Shown here: piece after piece, positions 48,995 to 62,628 of the stretch
How the letters are laid out: the number at the start of each line of letters is the position of its first letter
Numbering within the stretch: position 1 is the stretch's first letter
Assembly (NCBI GenBank): GCA_038087875.1
Contig: CM075995.1
Location: 3,598,001-3,662,000, forward strand
From: Malacoraja senta
Lineage: Eukaryota
Length of the DNA stretch: 64,000 bases
Direction: 5' to 3'
Made by a program: the position numbers and the translations under genes
The notes under the pieces: generated by a model
Told to the model about the DNA's origin: nothing
Seen by the model: the letters and a program-made list of their open reading frames with translations, nothing else
Database searches by the model: none

Positions 48995-50530
48995 ACATAG
49001 AAAATAGGTGCAGGAGGAGGCCACTCAGCCCTTCGAGCCAGCACCGCCATTCAATATGATCATGGATGATCATCCAAAATCAGTACCCCATTCCTGCTTT
49101 TTCACCATATTCCTTGATTCCCTTGGCCCCGAGAGCCAAATTTAATTCTCTCTTGAAAGCATCCAGTGAATTGGCCTCCACTGCCTTCTGTGGCAGAGAA
49201 TTACACAGATTCACAACTCTCTGGGTGAAAAAGTTGTTCCTCATCTCAGTCCTAAATGGCCTACTGCTTATTTTTAAACTGTGACCCTTGGTTCTGGACC
49301 CCCAACATCGGGAACATTTTTCCTGCATCTACCCTGTCCAATCCTCTAAGAATGTTGTATGTTTCTATAAGATCCCCTCTTATCCTTAATTCCAGCGAAT
49401 ACAAGCCCAGTCAACCCATTCGTTCATCATATGTCAGTCCCGCCATCCTGGAAATTACCATGGTGAACCTACACTGCTCTTCCTCAATTGCAATAATGTC
49501 CTTCCTCGAATTAGGAGAGCAAAATTGCACACAATATTCCAGGTGCGATCTCACCAGGGTCATGTACAACTGCAGTAGAACCTCCTTGCTCCTAAACTCA
49601 AATCCTGAGGCAATGATGGCTTTCTTCACTGCCTGCTGTATCTGCATGCTTACTTTCAGTGACTGATGTACAAGCACACCCAGGTCCTGTTGCACTTCCC
49701 CTACTCCTTATGAGACACCATTCAGATAATAATCTGCCTTACTGTTCTTTCCACCAAAGTGAACAACCTCACATTTATCCACATTATACTGCATCTGCCA
49801 TGCATCTGCCCACTCACCCAACCTATCCAAGTCACCCTGCAGCCTCATCCTCCTCGCAGCTCACACTGCCACCCAGTTTTGTGTCATCCGCAAACTTAGA
49901 GATGTTGCATTTAATTTGCTCATCTAAATCGTTAATATACTGTATATTGTAAACAACTGGGGTCCCAGCACCGAGCCTTGTGGCACCCCACTAGTCACTG
50001 CCTGCCATTCTGAAAAGGACCCGTTAATTCCTCTCTTTGCTTCCTGCCAACCAGTTTTCTATCCATGTCAATGCCCTACCCCCAATACCATGAGCTCTAA
50101 TTTTGCATAATAACCTCTTGTGTGGGACCTTGTCAAAGGCTTTTAGAAAGTCCAGATACACCACATCCACTGGCTCACCCTTATCCATTCTACTTGTTAC
50201 ATCCTCAAAAAATTCAAGAAGATTAGTCAAGCATGATTTCCCCTTCATAAATCCATGCTGACTTTGACAGATCCCGTCACTGCTTTCCAAATGCGCTGCT
50301 ATAACATCTATAATAATCGACTCCAGCAGCTTCCCCACTGCCGATGTAAGGCTAACTGGTCTATAATATCCCGTTTGCTCTCTCCCTCCTTTGTTAAAAA
50401 GTGGAGTTACATTGGCTACCCACCAGTCTACATGAACTGATCCAGAGTCGAGAGAACATTTGGAAAATGATACCAATGCATCCACGATTTCTAGGGCTAC
50501 CTCCTTGAGTACTCTGGGATGCAGACCTTC
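48995..50530 (-). mobile_element. CR1 LINE with RT domain (decayed)
   Basis: ORF 50024-50674 (LHPRVLKE, YRPVSLTS, QHGF, YLDF.KAFDKVPH) and downstream fragments. Confidence 0.9.
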
Positions 50531-51681
50531 TGGCCGATTGTTGGTCAGTGTGAACTCAGCAGACCGTGGGGGTCTGTTTCCACAGTGTAGCTCTAAACTA
50601 AAGTAAGCACCCATGAACATGCCCAAGATAGTGAAAAGATTTCCCCTGGGCCCTGAATTACATTTAACTCTCAACTAACTTCTCTAGGTCTGATGCCTTG
50701 GCCATTGTTTCATTATTTGACCATTGACTAGCAGCTACATTTCTGCAATTGCAGCAAAACTACACTTCAAAGTAATCAGTTTGCTCTGAAGCAACTTTGA
50801 TTGTGAAAAGAATTCCTTAATCGTTGTATCTGTTGGCTCTTTATGGTTGCTTCTTACAAAAGGGAATAACAGAGAGAGGACACAAAGAGCTGGAATAATT
50901 CAACGGGTCTGGCAGCATCGCTGGAGAATATGGATTGGTGACATTTTGGGTCGGAACTCTTCTTCAGACTGATTGAAACAGTAGAGATCACAGAGGGGGA
51001 GCAGTGAGAGAGGGTCTCATAGAACCCCCGGCGCAGCAGGAGAGCTGCTGCCTCACAGCGCCAGAGACCCAGGTTCGATCCTGTCCTGGGGTGCTGTCTG
51101 TGTGGAGTTTGTACGTTTTCCCTGTGACCGCGTGGATTTTAATTATTTTGAAAGCAGAGATAGATATATTCTTGATTAGTACGGGTATCAGAGGTTATGG
51201 GGAGAAGGCAGGGGAATGGGGTTAGGAGGGAGAGATAGATCAGCCATGATTGGATGGTGGAGTAGACTTGATGGGCCGAATGTCTTAAGTCTGCTCCTAT
51301 CACTTGTGACTTGATGACCTAACATGTAGAAACAAGGATCTGCAGATGCTGGATTAGACAATAGGACACAAAGTGCTGGAGTAACTCAGCGGGTCTGGCA
51401 GCATCTCTGGAGAATATGGGTAGGATGAATATGAATATGGATAAGTGACGTTTCAGGTCAGGACCCTTGTTCGGCCTCAGTGGAGTGAGAGAGAGGGTTC
51501 TCAGCAAAACTTCCTTTACTGAAAACAAACAGCTCACACTAACAGCAGGGGCTGGTACAACAATGCATCAAATGTCACACCACAGGGTATACCCTTTTCT
51601 TAAAGATACAGTGACCCTTTTATACACCAGAGCTGCTTCCTTGTAATACAAATCTGCGGTTTCATCGACAGTTTAGATCAA

Positions 51682-51813
51682 AATTATTACTTGATAGTGT
51701 TCCTTTATTAGCGTGAACATTTAACTGAAGGTGTAATTTCATCTAAACAGTCGTAGAAATTACACCTTCTGCTAAATGTTCACATAAATAAAGGAATTCT
51801 ATTAAGCAATAAA
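51682..51813. repeat. Isolated AT-rich imperfect hairpin (~58-bp arms)
   Basis: TTCCTTTATTAGCGTGAACATTTAACTGAAGGTGTAATTTC pairs with GAAATTACACCTTCTGCTAAATGTTCACATAAATAAAGGAA. Confidence 0.75.
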
Positions 51814-51970
51814 TGGCATAAACAGCCACAAATGTAATCAAACTCAAATTCACTCAGTCATTCCATAACCTGACGACAAGACATTTTGCTCGTGACTATA
51901 CGTAGTATTTCTGAAACACCTTCTCCAGTGCTGACAATTCCACTGCATCACTTAAACTGTCAGGCATAGG

Positions 51971-52325
51971 AGGAGAATTGGAAAGGGAAAACTCTGATTT
52001 TAAACCTCCACTGCCTTGTGGCCGCATCCAGTCATGGAAAAGACGCAATGGGAAAGGCTCCAGGAGTAAACCTCAAGAAAATCCGGAGTCGGAACCCCAA
52101 AGGCAGTTCGTCGTTGTCCACAACCTCGCTCTGGCAGCTCCAGCGACAGCGCTGGTGCCAAACTGTAATGGCACTGCTGTTCCTTTGGATCGATCAGCAA
52201 CATGGAGAGGGGGGACGTGCTGCATGGGCAACAGCCTGTCCTCCATATAACATCGCCCAGGCTTGCATCCGACCAGGTTGAATCACCCATGGTCAGTCAT
52301 AACTGAGGGGGGCCTACTACTACTA
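51971..52325 (+). mobile_element. Bipartite RTE-derived element (second 5' type)
   Basis: RTE-like 5'UTR (GGAAAACTCTGA..GGAGTAAACC..GCATGGGCAACAGC) joined to CACCCATGGTCAGTCATAACTGAGGGGGGCC(TAC)n. Confidence 0.6.
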
Positions 52326-52637
52326 GGAGGAGGATTAGGCCATTCGACCCGTTGCGTCTGCTCTGTTTCTCTAGGTAAATTCTGCATGCAACTTATCTCA
52401 GATTCTGCACTCAATTTATTATTTCAGCAAACTAATACACTACCTTTCTAGCAAGGATGACCAGATACATCAAGACATGAGTGTTTTATTGTCATATGTC
52501 AGCAACTCTACCATTGCGCCACCATGCCGTTTTCATAAGTTTGGTTTCTTACCTCACAGTTCACTCTACGTTGGGCGAGAACAAAGGGGGACCCAGCGTG
52601 CGGGGACCGTCTGTGGGGTGGGGGGGGGCTGGGAGAT

Positions 52638-53200
52638 AACAATAGACAGTAGGCAATAGACAATACAAAATAGGTGCAGGAGTAGGCCATTCGGCCCTTC
52701 GAGCCAGCACCACCATTCACTGTGATCATGGCTGATCATCCACAATCAGTACCCCGTTCCTGCCTTCTCACCATATCCCTTAACTCCGCTATCTTTAAGA
52801 GCTCTATCTAACTCTCTCTTGAAAACATCCAATGAATTGGCCTCCACTGCCTTCTGAGGCAGAGAATTCCATAGATTCGCAACTCACTGGGTGAAAACAT
52901 TTTTCCTCATCTTTGTTCTAAATGGCCTACCCCTTATTCTTAAACTGTGGCCCCTGGTTCTGGACTCCCCAACATCGAGAACATGATTCCTGCCTCTAGC
53001 GTGTCCAATCCCTTTAATAATCTTTTATGTTTCAATAAGATCGCCTCTCATCCTTCTAAATTCCAGTGTGTAGAACCCCAATCACTCCATTCTTTCAACA
53101 TACGACAGTCCCTGCCATCCTGGGAATTAACCTCGTGAACCTACGCTGCACTCCCTCAATAGTAAGAATGTCCTTCCTCAAACTTACAGACCAAAACTGC
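52638..53200 (-). mobile_element. CR1 LINE 3' fragment
   Basis: Reverse CR1 3' region and tail. Confidence 0.85.
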
Positions 53201-54097
53201 ACAAGGAGGATCTGATGTGGCGCACTTTGTAACTCTGTCGACACCCTTTATGTGGCGGCTCTTTGCATACCTTGTGCATGCAAAACAAAGAATTTCACAG
53301 TTACTTGTCACATGTGACAATAAAGTAGATGATAAATGAAATAAGTAATAAAATAAAACATGTCCTTCAAGAGTGTTCTCGTTAATGGCCAAGTACCACA
53401 CCACCATCTCAATTGAATATCTGCTTTTTGTGCTGCCCTGTAGCATGTAAGAAATAAACCCAATCCTCTCTGGCTGATACCCCAAATAGTCAGCGCAGCA
53501 AATATCATAATATCCAAATAATGATCTTAATATTGTTTTTATTATCATGGAGGGTGTTCTTGAAAATCCTGCAAATGCTATAAATGTGAAAGAGAGAGAG
53601 AAGAATATTGGAAACACTTGGCAGGTTTGGCAGCATCTGTGGAAAATAGAGTTATTGTTTCAGTTCAAAAACATTTCATCAGAACTGGGGAAAATAAATT
53701 TAAATTGCACAGAAGATCATGGGAGGAATGGATAAGACAAAGGGAATATCTAAGATAGGATGAAGTCAAAGTTGCCAAGCAGAGGGTTAACTTTATTGCT
53801 ATTTCTAACTTAATTAAATTGACAAATGTCTGCTAGCCAATACTTATTAAGCAATTCAAAATTTGTCATGTTTGGGAACAATTACCGTTTTGGGGCAACT
53901 TGCTGTGGTTGAATTTTGTGGGTAAAGAGAAGATAATAGAATCTGAAGGAGTCTTTCGAGAATACGCTCTTCAACATAATAAAATTCAGAACAGTTTTTG
54001 TTTTGGTGGCAGAGGAAATTAATTTATTCTAGCGTTAGGATTGGCAAGGTCATTGTGGCCTGAAGGGCCTGTTCCTGTGCTCCAGCTTTCTAAGGAA

Positions 54098-54705
54098 AGC
54101 CTCTACTTCTTTAGGAGGCTTAGGAAGATCGCCATTTCCCCCAACAACTCTCACCAACTTCTACAGATGAGCCACAGAATGCATTTTATTGGGATACATC
54201 ACAGCATGGTTTGGGAACAGCTCCATCCAAGACCACAAGAAATTGCAGTGAATTGTGGTTGCAGCCCAGACCATCACACAAACCAACCTCCCTTCCATTG
54301 ACTCCATTTATACCTCACGCTGCCTCGGCAAGGCCAGCAGCAATATCAAGGACATATCGTATCCTGGCCACTCCCTCTTCTCCCCTCTCCCATCGGATAA
54401 AAGGTATAGAAGTGTGAAAACTCACACCTCCAGATTCAGGGACAGTTTCTTCCCAGTTGTTATCGGGCAACTGAAACATCCTACCACGACTAGAGAGCAG
54501 TCCTGAACTACTATCTACCTCATTGGTGAGCTGCGGACTATCTTTGATCAGACTTTACTGGCTTTACCTTGCACTAAACTTTATTCCCTTATCATGTATC
54601 TATACACTGTAAATGACTCTTTTGTATTGTCTTTCCGCTGACTGGTTTGCATGCAACAATGGCTTTTCACTGTACCTCGGTACACGTGACAATAAACTGA
54701 ACCGA
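54098..54705 (+). mobile_element. Rex1/Babar-type LINE 3' fragment
   Basis: LYFFRRLRK, ORF 54255-54506, terminal stem-loop. Confidence 0.8.
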
Positions 54706-55718
54706 CTAAACTATGTTCAATCTATGTAACAAATGCTTTACATATGACTGAATAAAACAGAAACCAAAAAAAGCCGGCGGGTCTGTGAACAGCTGCATCA
54801 GTTGACGTGTCTTCTAATAACTGAGCTTAACTAGAATAAAGAGTTGTGTCAGACAATGAAATATTCAAAGCAATGCAAGGTGGTGCTTGTTTTCTCTCCG
54901 CTAAACATTGCTGAAGGCAATGCCATTATCTTGTAAAAGAAGCGTTCAGTCAAATATTCAATCATTCATTTGATCTTTCTCTTAAAACATGATAAATATT
55001 TTAAAGTTGCAATAATCCCTTTCCTGACAGTTTAATAGAATTGCAAGCAAACCACATACTTTATAACACTGTTTGAACACCCTTTATTCTTTCACATTAT
55101 TCGTCTCAGTAATTATTTGCATTTTATTACAGCAATCCTTCTCCAGATAGTCCCTGTCTCCCTAAGCTGCAGAGAACAAATGCATTACTTTAGCCTGAAT
55201 TTAAAGATCGATCATTGACCATGAAGGCACTGCAATAGACTCCAAGTAGATTGGAAAGTGGTGGACCTGTATATCTTCACTTTTGGTTTCCATTAAAATT
55301 GTATTTTTTCCTTGTAAAAATGAGGTACAAATCAATAGTATTAGGAAGGGCATCACGGTGCCTTTCAGCACTGGAGACCTGGGTTCAATATTGGCTTCGA
55401 ATGCTAGTCTGTACGGAGTGTGGGAGGGAACCGAAGATCTCGGAGAAAGGCCACGCAGGCCACGAGGAGAAAGTACAAACGCCGTACAGACAGCACCCGT
55501 AGTCAGGATCGAATCCGGGTCTCTGGCGCTGTAAAACAGCAGTTCTACTGCTGAGCCACCGTGCCACCCTGAAAGCAAACAACCTATTGATAGCTCTACA
55601 CTTTAAATGTTACAGAAGGAAAGAACAATGGATGCTGGAGATCTAAAATAATAAAAAAAATATGTTGAGAGTACACAGCAAACCAGGCAGCATCATTGAG
55701 AGAGAAACAAAGCAAATT

Positions 55719-56214
55719 GGCAGCACGGTGGCGCAGCGGTAGAGTTACTACTTTACAGCGCCAGAAACCCAGGTTCGGTCCTGACTACGGGTGATGTCTG
55801 TATGGAGTTTGTACGTTCTCCCTGTGACCTGCGTGGGTTTTCTCCGAGATCTTCGGTTTTCCTCCCACATTCCAAAGACGTACAAGTTTGTAGGTTAATT
55901 GGCTTGGTGTAAATATAAAATTGCCCGAAGTGTGTGTCCCTGTGTAGCGCAGTGTTAGTCATAGAGTCATAGAGTGATACAGTGTGGGAAACAGGCCCTT
56001 CGGCCCAACTCGCCCATACCGGCCAACAATGTCCCAGCTACCCTAGTCCCATTTGCCTGCGCTTGGTCCATAACCCTCCAAACCTGTCCTATCCATGTAC
56101 CTGTCCAACTGTTTCTTAAACGATGGGATAGTCAGTGTGCGGGGATTGCCAGTCACTGCGGACTTGGTTGGCCGAAGGGCCTGTTTCCGCATTGTATCTC
56201 TAAACTAAACTAAA
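55719..56214 (+). mobile_element. V-SINE interrupted by a minus-strand CR1 tail (55958-56130)
   Basis: SINE head and V-domain, CR1 insert, SINE tail resumes. Confidence 0.75.
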
Positions 56215-56239
56215 CTAATAATTTACATTAGTTAGTTTA

Positions 56240-56272
56240 GTCTGAAGAAGGGTTTCGGCCCGAAACGTTGCC
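56240..56272 (+). ncRNA. Minimal hammerhead ribozyme motif in a solo Penelope pLTR (56229-56333)
   Basis: CTGAAGA-A-GGGTTTCGGCCC-GAAAC-GTT; insert flanked by 14-bp TSD CTAATAATTTACAT. Confidence 0.6.
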
Positions 56273-56919
56273 TATTTCCTTCGCTCCATAGATGCTGCTG
56301 CACCCGCTGAGTTTCTCCAGCATTTTTGTGTACCTAATAATTTACATCAATGACTTCTCACTGGAAATTATTACAAATCAGTGCTAGGTGCACCAGAAGC
56401 AGGTGTAGACTAATGGTTGCAGTTTTTAATTGGCTTTGAATTGTACTGCAGGGAAACACACTTGAAAAATTACAAGATTATTTATTGATAGAGAGAAGAA
56501 TCCCAAGTGCATGTGAATAAAGCAAATCATTTGCGTGCTCTGAGTATTAATTGTGAAGTGACTAACTTTCCCCCAGGCTACCAGGGACTGGGTTTACCAA
56601 TCTCTCCTCTTGTGTCTGTAGTCCTGAATCTGAAGCAGCTTCACACATACAGAAAGTGACGTGAACATTTTATCAGCTTGTATCTTCTGTCAGACAAGCT
56701 AATGGACTTGAATTCTCTAAAGATAGGTTCAAAGCTCAATGCGGGCAAGGAGGCAGAAATTTTGTTTTTGCCACAAAAGTTAGCATTTTCATTGTAAATC
56801 AACTGACATATTCATTTGGCAGGGGAACGCATAGGATCTACGCGGAACTTTTTCCTTCAAATTTATGTTCAGGCTGGATCAGTCAAAAAGTTCTGAAAGC
56901 GTGACAGATTTAGGTCGGT

Positions 56920-57172
56920 CTTACAGCCCCAGAGATCCTGACTACGGGTGCTGTCTGTACGGAGTGTGTACGTTCTCCCGGTGACCTGCTTGGGTTTTCT
57001 CCGAGATCTTTGGTTTCCTCCCACACTCCAAAGACGTACAGGTTTGTAGGTTAATTGGCGAGGTATAAATGTAAATTGTCCCGAGTGTGTGTGTGATAGT
57101 GTTAGTGTGCGGGGATCGCTGGTCGGTGCAGACTCAGAGGGCCGAGGGGCCTGTTTCCGCGCTGTATCTCAA
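56920..57172 (+). mobile_element. V-SINE (HE1-like)
   Basis: V-domain and tail. Confidence 0.8.
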
Positions 57173-58047
57173 AAATAAAAGGAGCACAAAGGATTCCAGA
57201 AACAAAATGGATAGTCGTGTTAAGATTCAAATCAAATTGAGTTATAGTATAGTCATATACTACAGCTCTGCTTTTAACACCATTGTCCCATACAAGGTGC
57301 CCCTTAGCACCGAGCACGTCCATGGTTCTAGAGCCCCCCGTCCGTACATCTGTTCCACCATTCTTGTACTCATAGGGTCATGGAGTGACACAGCATGGAA
57401 ACAGGCCCTTCGGCCCAATGTGCTCATGCCAACCATGATGCCATGGGTCAGAGGTCACGGGGAGAAGGCAGGAGAATGGGGTTAAGCGGGAAAGACAGAT
57501 CAGCTGGGATTGAATAGCAGAGTGGACTTGATGGGCCAAATGGCCTAATTCTGCACCTATCAGTTATGAACTTATGAACTTATGCCCCATCTACACGAAT
57601 CCCAACTGCCCATATTTGGCCCATATCCCTCTAAACCTTTCCTATCTATGTACGTCCAAATGTCTTCTAAATATCCACGCCTTGAGCATTTGCTGGGGCC
57701 CCAGTTCCAGAACACTCAGATTTGTGCACTAGGATCCCGATTCCAACATGCCCATCCACACATTGAACCAGACTTGTCCATGATTCAACAATTATCTTCA
57801 TAGCCTCCACATCCTCACTGCTCACGGGTCAAGCAATCCAACAATCACTGCACAGTGCCACCCCACCACCTCCAATCGCGCCCTCCCTTTCCTTCCAGCT
57901 GGAGGGGTTGGTCACACTGTTAATATTTGTATGATCAGCCCCTCGATGCGTCGTTTGCTGCAAGAGGAATGGTATAAGAATGTTAATAAGGTTTTAACCT
58001 TTCGGCATTCTCACCCACAAAAATACACAAGATAGATACGCAAGATC

Positions 58048-58352
58048 TGGGCGGCACGGTGGCGTGGCGGTAGAGTTGCTGCCCCGGAGACCTGGCGAAG
58101 GCAGCCCCGGAGACCTGGGTTCGATCCTGACGTTCCCCCCGTGATCTACATGGGTTTTCTCCGAGATCTTCGGTCTCCTCCCACGCTCCAAAGACGTACA
58201 GGTTTGTAGGTTAATTGACTTGATAAATGTTTTTTAAAAATTGTCCCTTGTGGGTGTAGGATAGTGTTAATGTGCGGGGATCGCTGGTCGGCATGGACCC
58301 GGTGGGCCGAAGGGCCTGGTTCGGCGCTGTATCTCTAAACTAATCTAAACTA
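58048..58352 (+). mobile_element. V-SINE (HE1-like)
   Basis: Head with internal duplication, V-domain, tail. Confidence 0.8.
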
Positions 58353-58469
58353 AATTAAAGATTTGCTTGGACACATTATGCACATTGAGACAAGTTGGAT
58401 ATAATAGAGGGGCGACATCTTGAATTCCAGCAGGTTCATGAACATAATGCAGAAACTATAGAACAGTAC

Positions 58470-58745
58470 CGGGTGGCACAGTGCCAGAGCCCCGGGTCCC
58501 AGGTTCAATCCTGACTACGGAAGCTCATCTGTACAGTGTCTGTACGTTCTCCCTGTGGCCTGCATGGGTTTTCTCCAAGTCATCGAGTTTCCTCCCACAC
58601 CACAGGTTTGCAGGTCAATTGGCTTGGTAAAATTGTGAATTGTCCCTCGTGTGTGTAAGATAGTGTTAATGTCTGCGTGGATCGCTGGTTGGTGCAGACT
58701 CGGTGGGCCGAATGGCCTGCTTCTGCTCTGTACCTCTAAACTAAA
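58470..58745 (+). mobile_element. V-SINE (HE1-like)
   Basis: V-domain and tail. Confidence 0.75.
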
Positions 58746-58854
58746 GTACAGAACAAGAACAAAACCCTTTGGCCCAAAATGTCCATGCCGAATATGATGC
58801 CAGGTTAAACTAATCTCATCTGCCTGCACGTGATACATATATATCCTTCACTCC

Positions 58855-59272
58855 TTAGGCCCCCTTCGGTTGTAGCTGACCATGGGTGTCTCCAGGGTGT
58901 TATTACCTACATGGAGAACTTTACCTGTGCGTGACTTTATTTAACGTGGGGAGACTGGTGCACAGACAGACACCCCACGGTCCTTGACAGATCTGGGTCA
59001 GGATCCAGTGGCATGGAGTCCAAGACGACCGGGGACCCTTTTCTGCTGCAGCCTTCATCCGCCTTCCCAGCCGTTGTGACGCTGCACTAAGGTCTGCCAT
59101 CGTCCTCCATCTGTTGCACCGTTGAGGTCTTGGTTGGATTGCTCTTTGACAGAGACCTCCCCCACGATCTTACCGCCATGGGTGGCCCTTCCAGGAGCAT
59201 AGCTCCAGACGGCATCGCTCTCAGGATCTCAGGTCCACACAAGCTACTCAGCACGATAAGGTGACAATCCAC
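58855..59272 (-). mobile_element. Bipartite RTE-derived non-autonomous element
   Basis: Same family and same 3' end as 42734-43127. Confidence 0.65.
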
Positions 59273-60198
59273 GGAGAAGCATCAATTCCTTGCATATATA
59301 TATATGTGCCTATCTTAAAGCTTCATGTGGGGCATAGTGGCATTAAGCCACTATTGTGTCTCCCTCCACCATTCTCCCTGGCAGTGGATTCTAGGCACCC
59401 ACCACCCTCTCTGTGGAGAGGTTACGCTGCACATCTCCTTTAAATCTTGCACCCCCCACCCCCCTTAAAGCTATAATCTGACCACCCCCCCCCACCCCCC
59501 TTAAAGCTATGCCTTCTAGTCTCTGACATTTCCACCCTGGGAAAAAAGGTTCTGACTGTTTACCCTATCTATGTTCTTCATAATGCTTCTATCAGGTCTC
59601 TTCAGAAAAAACAATCCAAGTTTGTCCAATCCAAGTCTGAAGTCTGACCCGAAACATCACATAACCATTTTCTCCAGTCATGCTGCCTGACCCGCTGAGT
59701 TACTCCAGCATTTTGTGTCTATCTTCGGTTTGTCCAATCTCTCCTTTTAGTCAATATCCTCGAATCCAGGCAGCATTCTGGCAAACCACTGCTGCACACT
59801 CTCCAAAGTCAAAAATAACTCACTCAAAATTCTACCTTGTCCCAATTCATCCAAATGGAATTTGTGTTTGTCTCAAGCCTGACCTGTTGACATCCTGATG
59901 GAGTTGAGCTGAGGAGACAAATATTTTTGTCAAGTGACCCTGACATCAGGATTAAATAGCCACACAGGTCAACTCAGTTGCACAGATGAAGGTCAATCTA
60001 AACAGATGTTGCTGTGTACTGTCAGGTTTAGTTTACTTTGGTTTAGAGTTACAGCGCGGAAACTTCGGCCCACCGAGTCCACACCTTCCAGTGATCCACG
60101 CACACCAACACTACTCTACACACACTAGGGACAATTTACATTTATACAAAGCCAATTAACCTACAAACCTGTACGTCTTTGGAGTGTAGGAGAAAACC

Positions 60199-61462
60199 GT
60201 GTGGCAGTGTGAGCTGCGATGTGGATGCTAGGAGGCTGCAGGGTGACTTGGATAGGTTGGGTGAACGGGCAGATGCATGGCAGATGCAGTAAATGTGAGA
60301 TTTTCGGGGCTTCTGCAGCGGCGACTTCTCCCGCCCGAGTTGCGGGGTTGAAGAGCTCCTGGAGCGGGGCTTTACATCGTCGCCCCGCGCGGCTTGGAAT
60401 GGCCGCCGGACTTTGCGAGCGCGCGCCGGGGCTCTAACACCAAGACCCGGTGCGCGACCCTGCATTAACCGGCGTGGCTTTAATGGCCGCGGGACAATCA
60501 CCATCGCCCGCCGGGGGCTTTGACTTTGACTCTGACATCGGGGGGGGGGGGGGGGAGTGCAGTGGAGAGATACGTTTTTTTTTGCCTTCCATCACAGCGC
60601 TGTGATGGATGTATGTGTAAATTGTGTTGTGTCTCGGGTCTTCTTCGTTTTGTAATGTATGGCTGCAGAAACGACATTTCGTTTGGACCTCAACGGGGTC
60701 CAAATGACAAATTTGTCCAAAAGACAAAAGACAAATAAATTGTATTATTATTATCCACTTTCGTGACAAGAACAGGAAGGCAGATTATTATCTGAATGGT
60801 GTCAGATAAGGAAAAGGGGAGGTGTAATGAGACCTGGGTCACTGAAAGTAAGCATACAGGTACAGCAGGCAGTGAAGAAAGCTAAAGGCATGTTGGCCTT
60901 CATTGCGAGAGGAGTTGAATTTAGGAGCAAGGAGGTCCTACAGCAGTTGTACAGGGCCCTGGTGAGACCGCACCTGGAGTATTGTGTACAATTTTTGTCT
61001 CCTAATTTGAGGAAGGACATTATTCCTATTGAGGGAGTGCAGCGTAGGTTCACCAGGTTAATTCCTGGGATGGCATATGATGAAATAATGGGTCGACTGG
61101 GCTTGTATTCACAGGAATTTAGAAGGATGAGAAGGGATCTTATGGAAACATATACAATTCTTTAAGGATTGGACAGGGTAGATGCAGGAAAAATGTTCCC
61201 GATGTTGGGCGAGTGCAGAACCAGGGGACACAGTTTAAGAATAAGGGGTAGGCCATTTAGGACTGAGATGAGGAAAAACTTTTTCACCCAGAGAGTTGTA
61301 AATCAGTGGAATTCTCTGCCACAGAAGGCAGTGGAGGCCAATTCACTGGATGTTTTCAAGAAAGAGTTAGACATAGCTTTTCGGGCTAACGGAATCAAGG
61401 GATATGGGGAAAAACGTCCGAATGGCCTACTCCTGCACCTACTTTCTCTGTTTATGTTTCTA
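60199..61462 (+). mobile_element. CR1 LINE 3' fragment, interrupted at 60297-60752
   Basis: ORFs 60827-61165 and 61169-61477. Confidence 0.9.
60297..60752 (+). mobile_element. CpG-rich non-autonomous retroposon with Rex1-type 3' stem-loop
   Basis: Inserted in CR1 (AAATGTGAG|TTATCCACTTT); 3' ATTTCGTTTGGACCTCAACGGGGTCCAAATGAC..AATAAA. Confidence 0.55.
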
Positions 61463-62115
61463 CGATCACTAAACTAAATGATCAACCCTATATGTAGTTG
61501 TTTTCCAAGTTGTTTTAAGCTTGCCCACAGAGTACCCTGTTTAAAAACACAAAAGTCACCAACTAGGACAACTGATTGACGAGCATTGCTCAATGGACTC
61601 GATGTATCCATGTTTGTTCATATAAAGTCATAGTCAGAGTAGGTGAATCGCGGTCCAGAGGAGATAGGGTTAAGGTGAAGGGGAAAACATTTAATAGGAA
61701 TCTGAGGGGTAGATTTTTCACTCAATCATTGGTGGGTGTATGGAACAAGCTGCCAGAGGAGGTAGTTGTGGCAGGGACTATCCAAACATTTAAGAAACAG
61801 TTGGACAGGAACATGGATAGGACAGGTTAGGAGGGATATGGACCAAATGTGGGCAGGTGGGACTAGTGTAGCTGAGACGTGTGGGCGAAGGGCCTGTTTT
61901 CAATCCGTATCACTCTATGACTCTATGACACTCTGGGTGCTGCCTGTATGGAGTTTGTACATTCTCCCCATGACCACATGGATTTTCCACGGGGGCTCTG
62001 GTATCCTCCCACACTCCAATGGCGCACAGCTTTGTAGGTCAGTGTGGGATAGAATTAGTGTACAGGTGCCCGTTGGGCGGCTTGGACTCAGTAGGCTGAA
62101 GGGCCTGTTTCATGG

Positions 62116-62628
62116 AAACATAGAAACATAGAAAATAGTTGCAGGATTAGGCCAATCAGCCCTTCGAGTCAGCACCACCATTCAATATGATCATGGCTGA
62201 TCATCCAAAATCAGTACCCCTTTCCTGCTTGTTCCCCATATCCCTTTATTCCATTGATCCTAAGAGCTATATCTAACTCTCTTGAAAACATCCAGTGAAT
62301 TGGCCTCTACTGCCTTCTGTGACAGAAATTCCAGAGATTACCAATTCACTGGGTGAAAACGGGTTTCCTCACCTCAGTCCGAAATGGCCTACCCCTTATT
62401 CTTCAACTGTGACCCCTGGGCCTGGACTCCCCCAACATCGGGAACATTTTTCCTGCATCTAGCCTGTCCAATCCTTTAATAATTTTATATATTTCTATGA
62501 TCCCCTCTCATCCTTCTAAATTCTAGTGACTTTAAGCCCAGTCGATCCATTCTTTCATCATATGTCATTCCCGGAAATTAACCTGGTGAACCTACGCTGC
62601 ACTCCCTCAATAATAATAAGTTCCTTCC
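62116..62628 (-). mobile_element. CR1 LINE 3' fragment
   Basis: Reverse CR1 3' region, (TCTATGTT)n tail. Confidence 0.85.
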
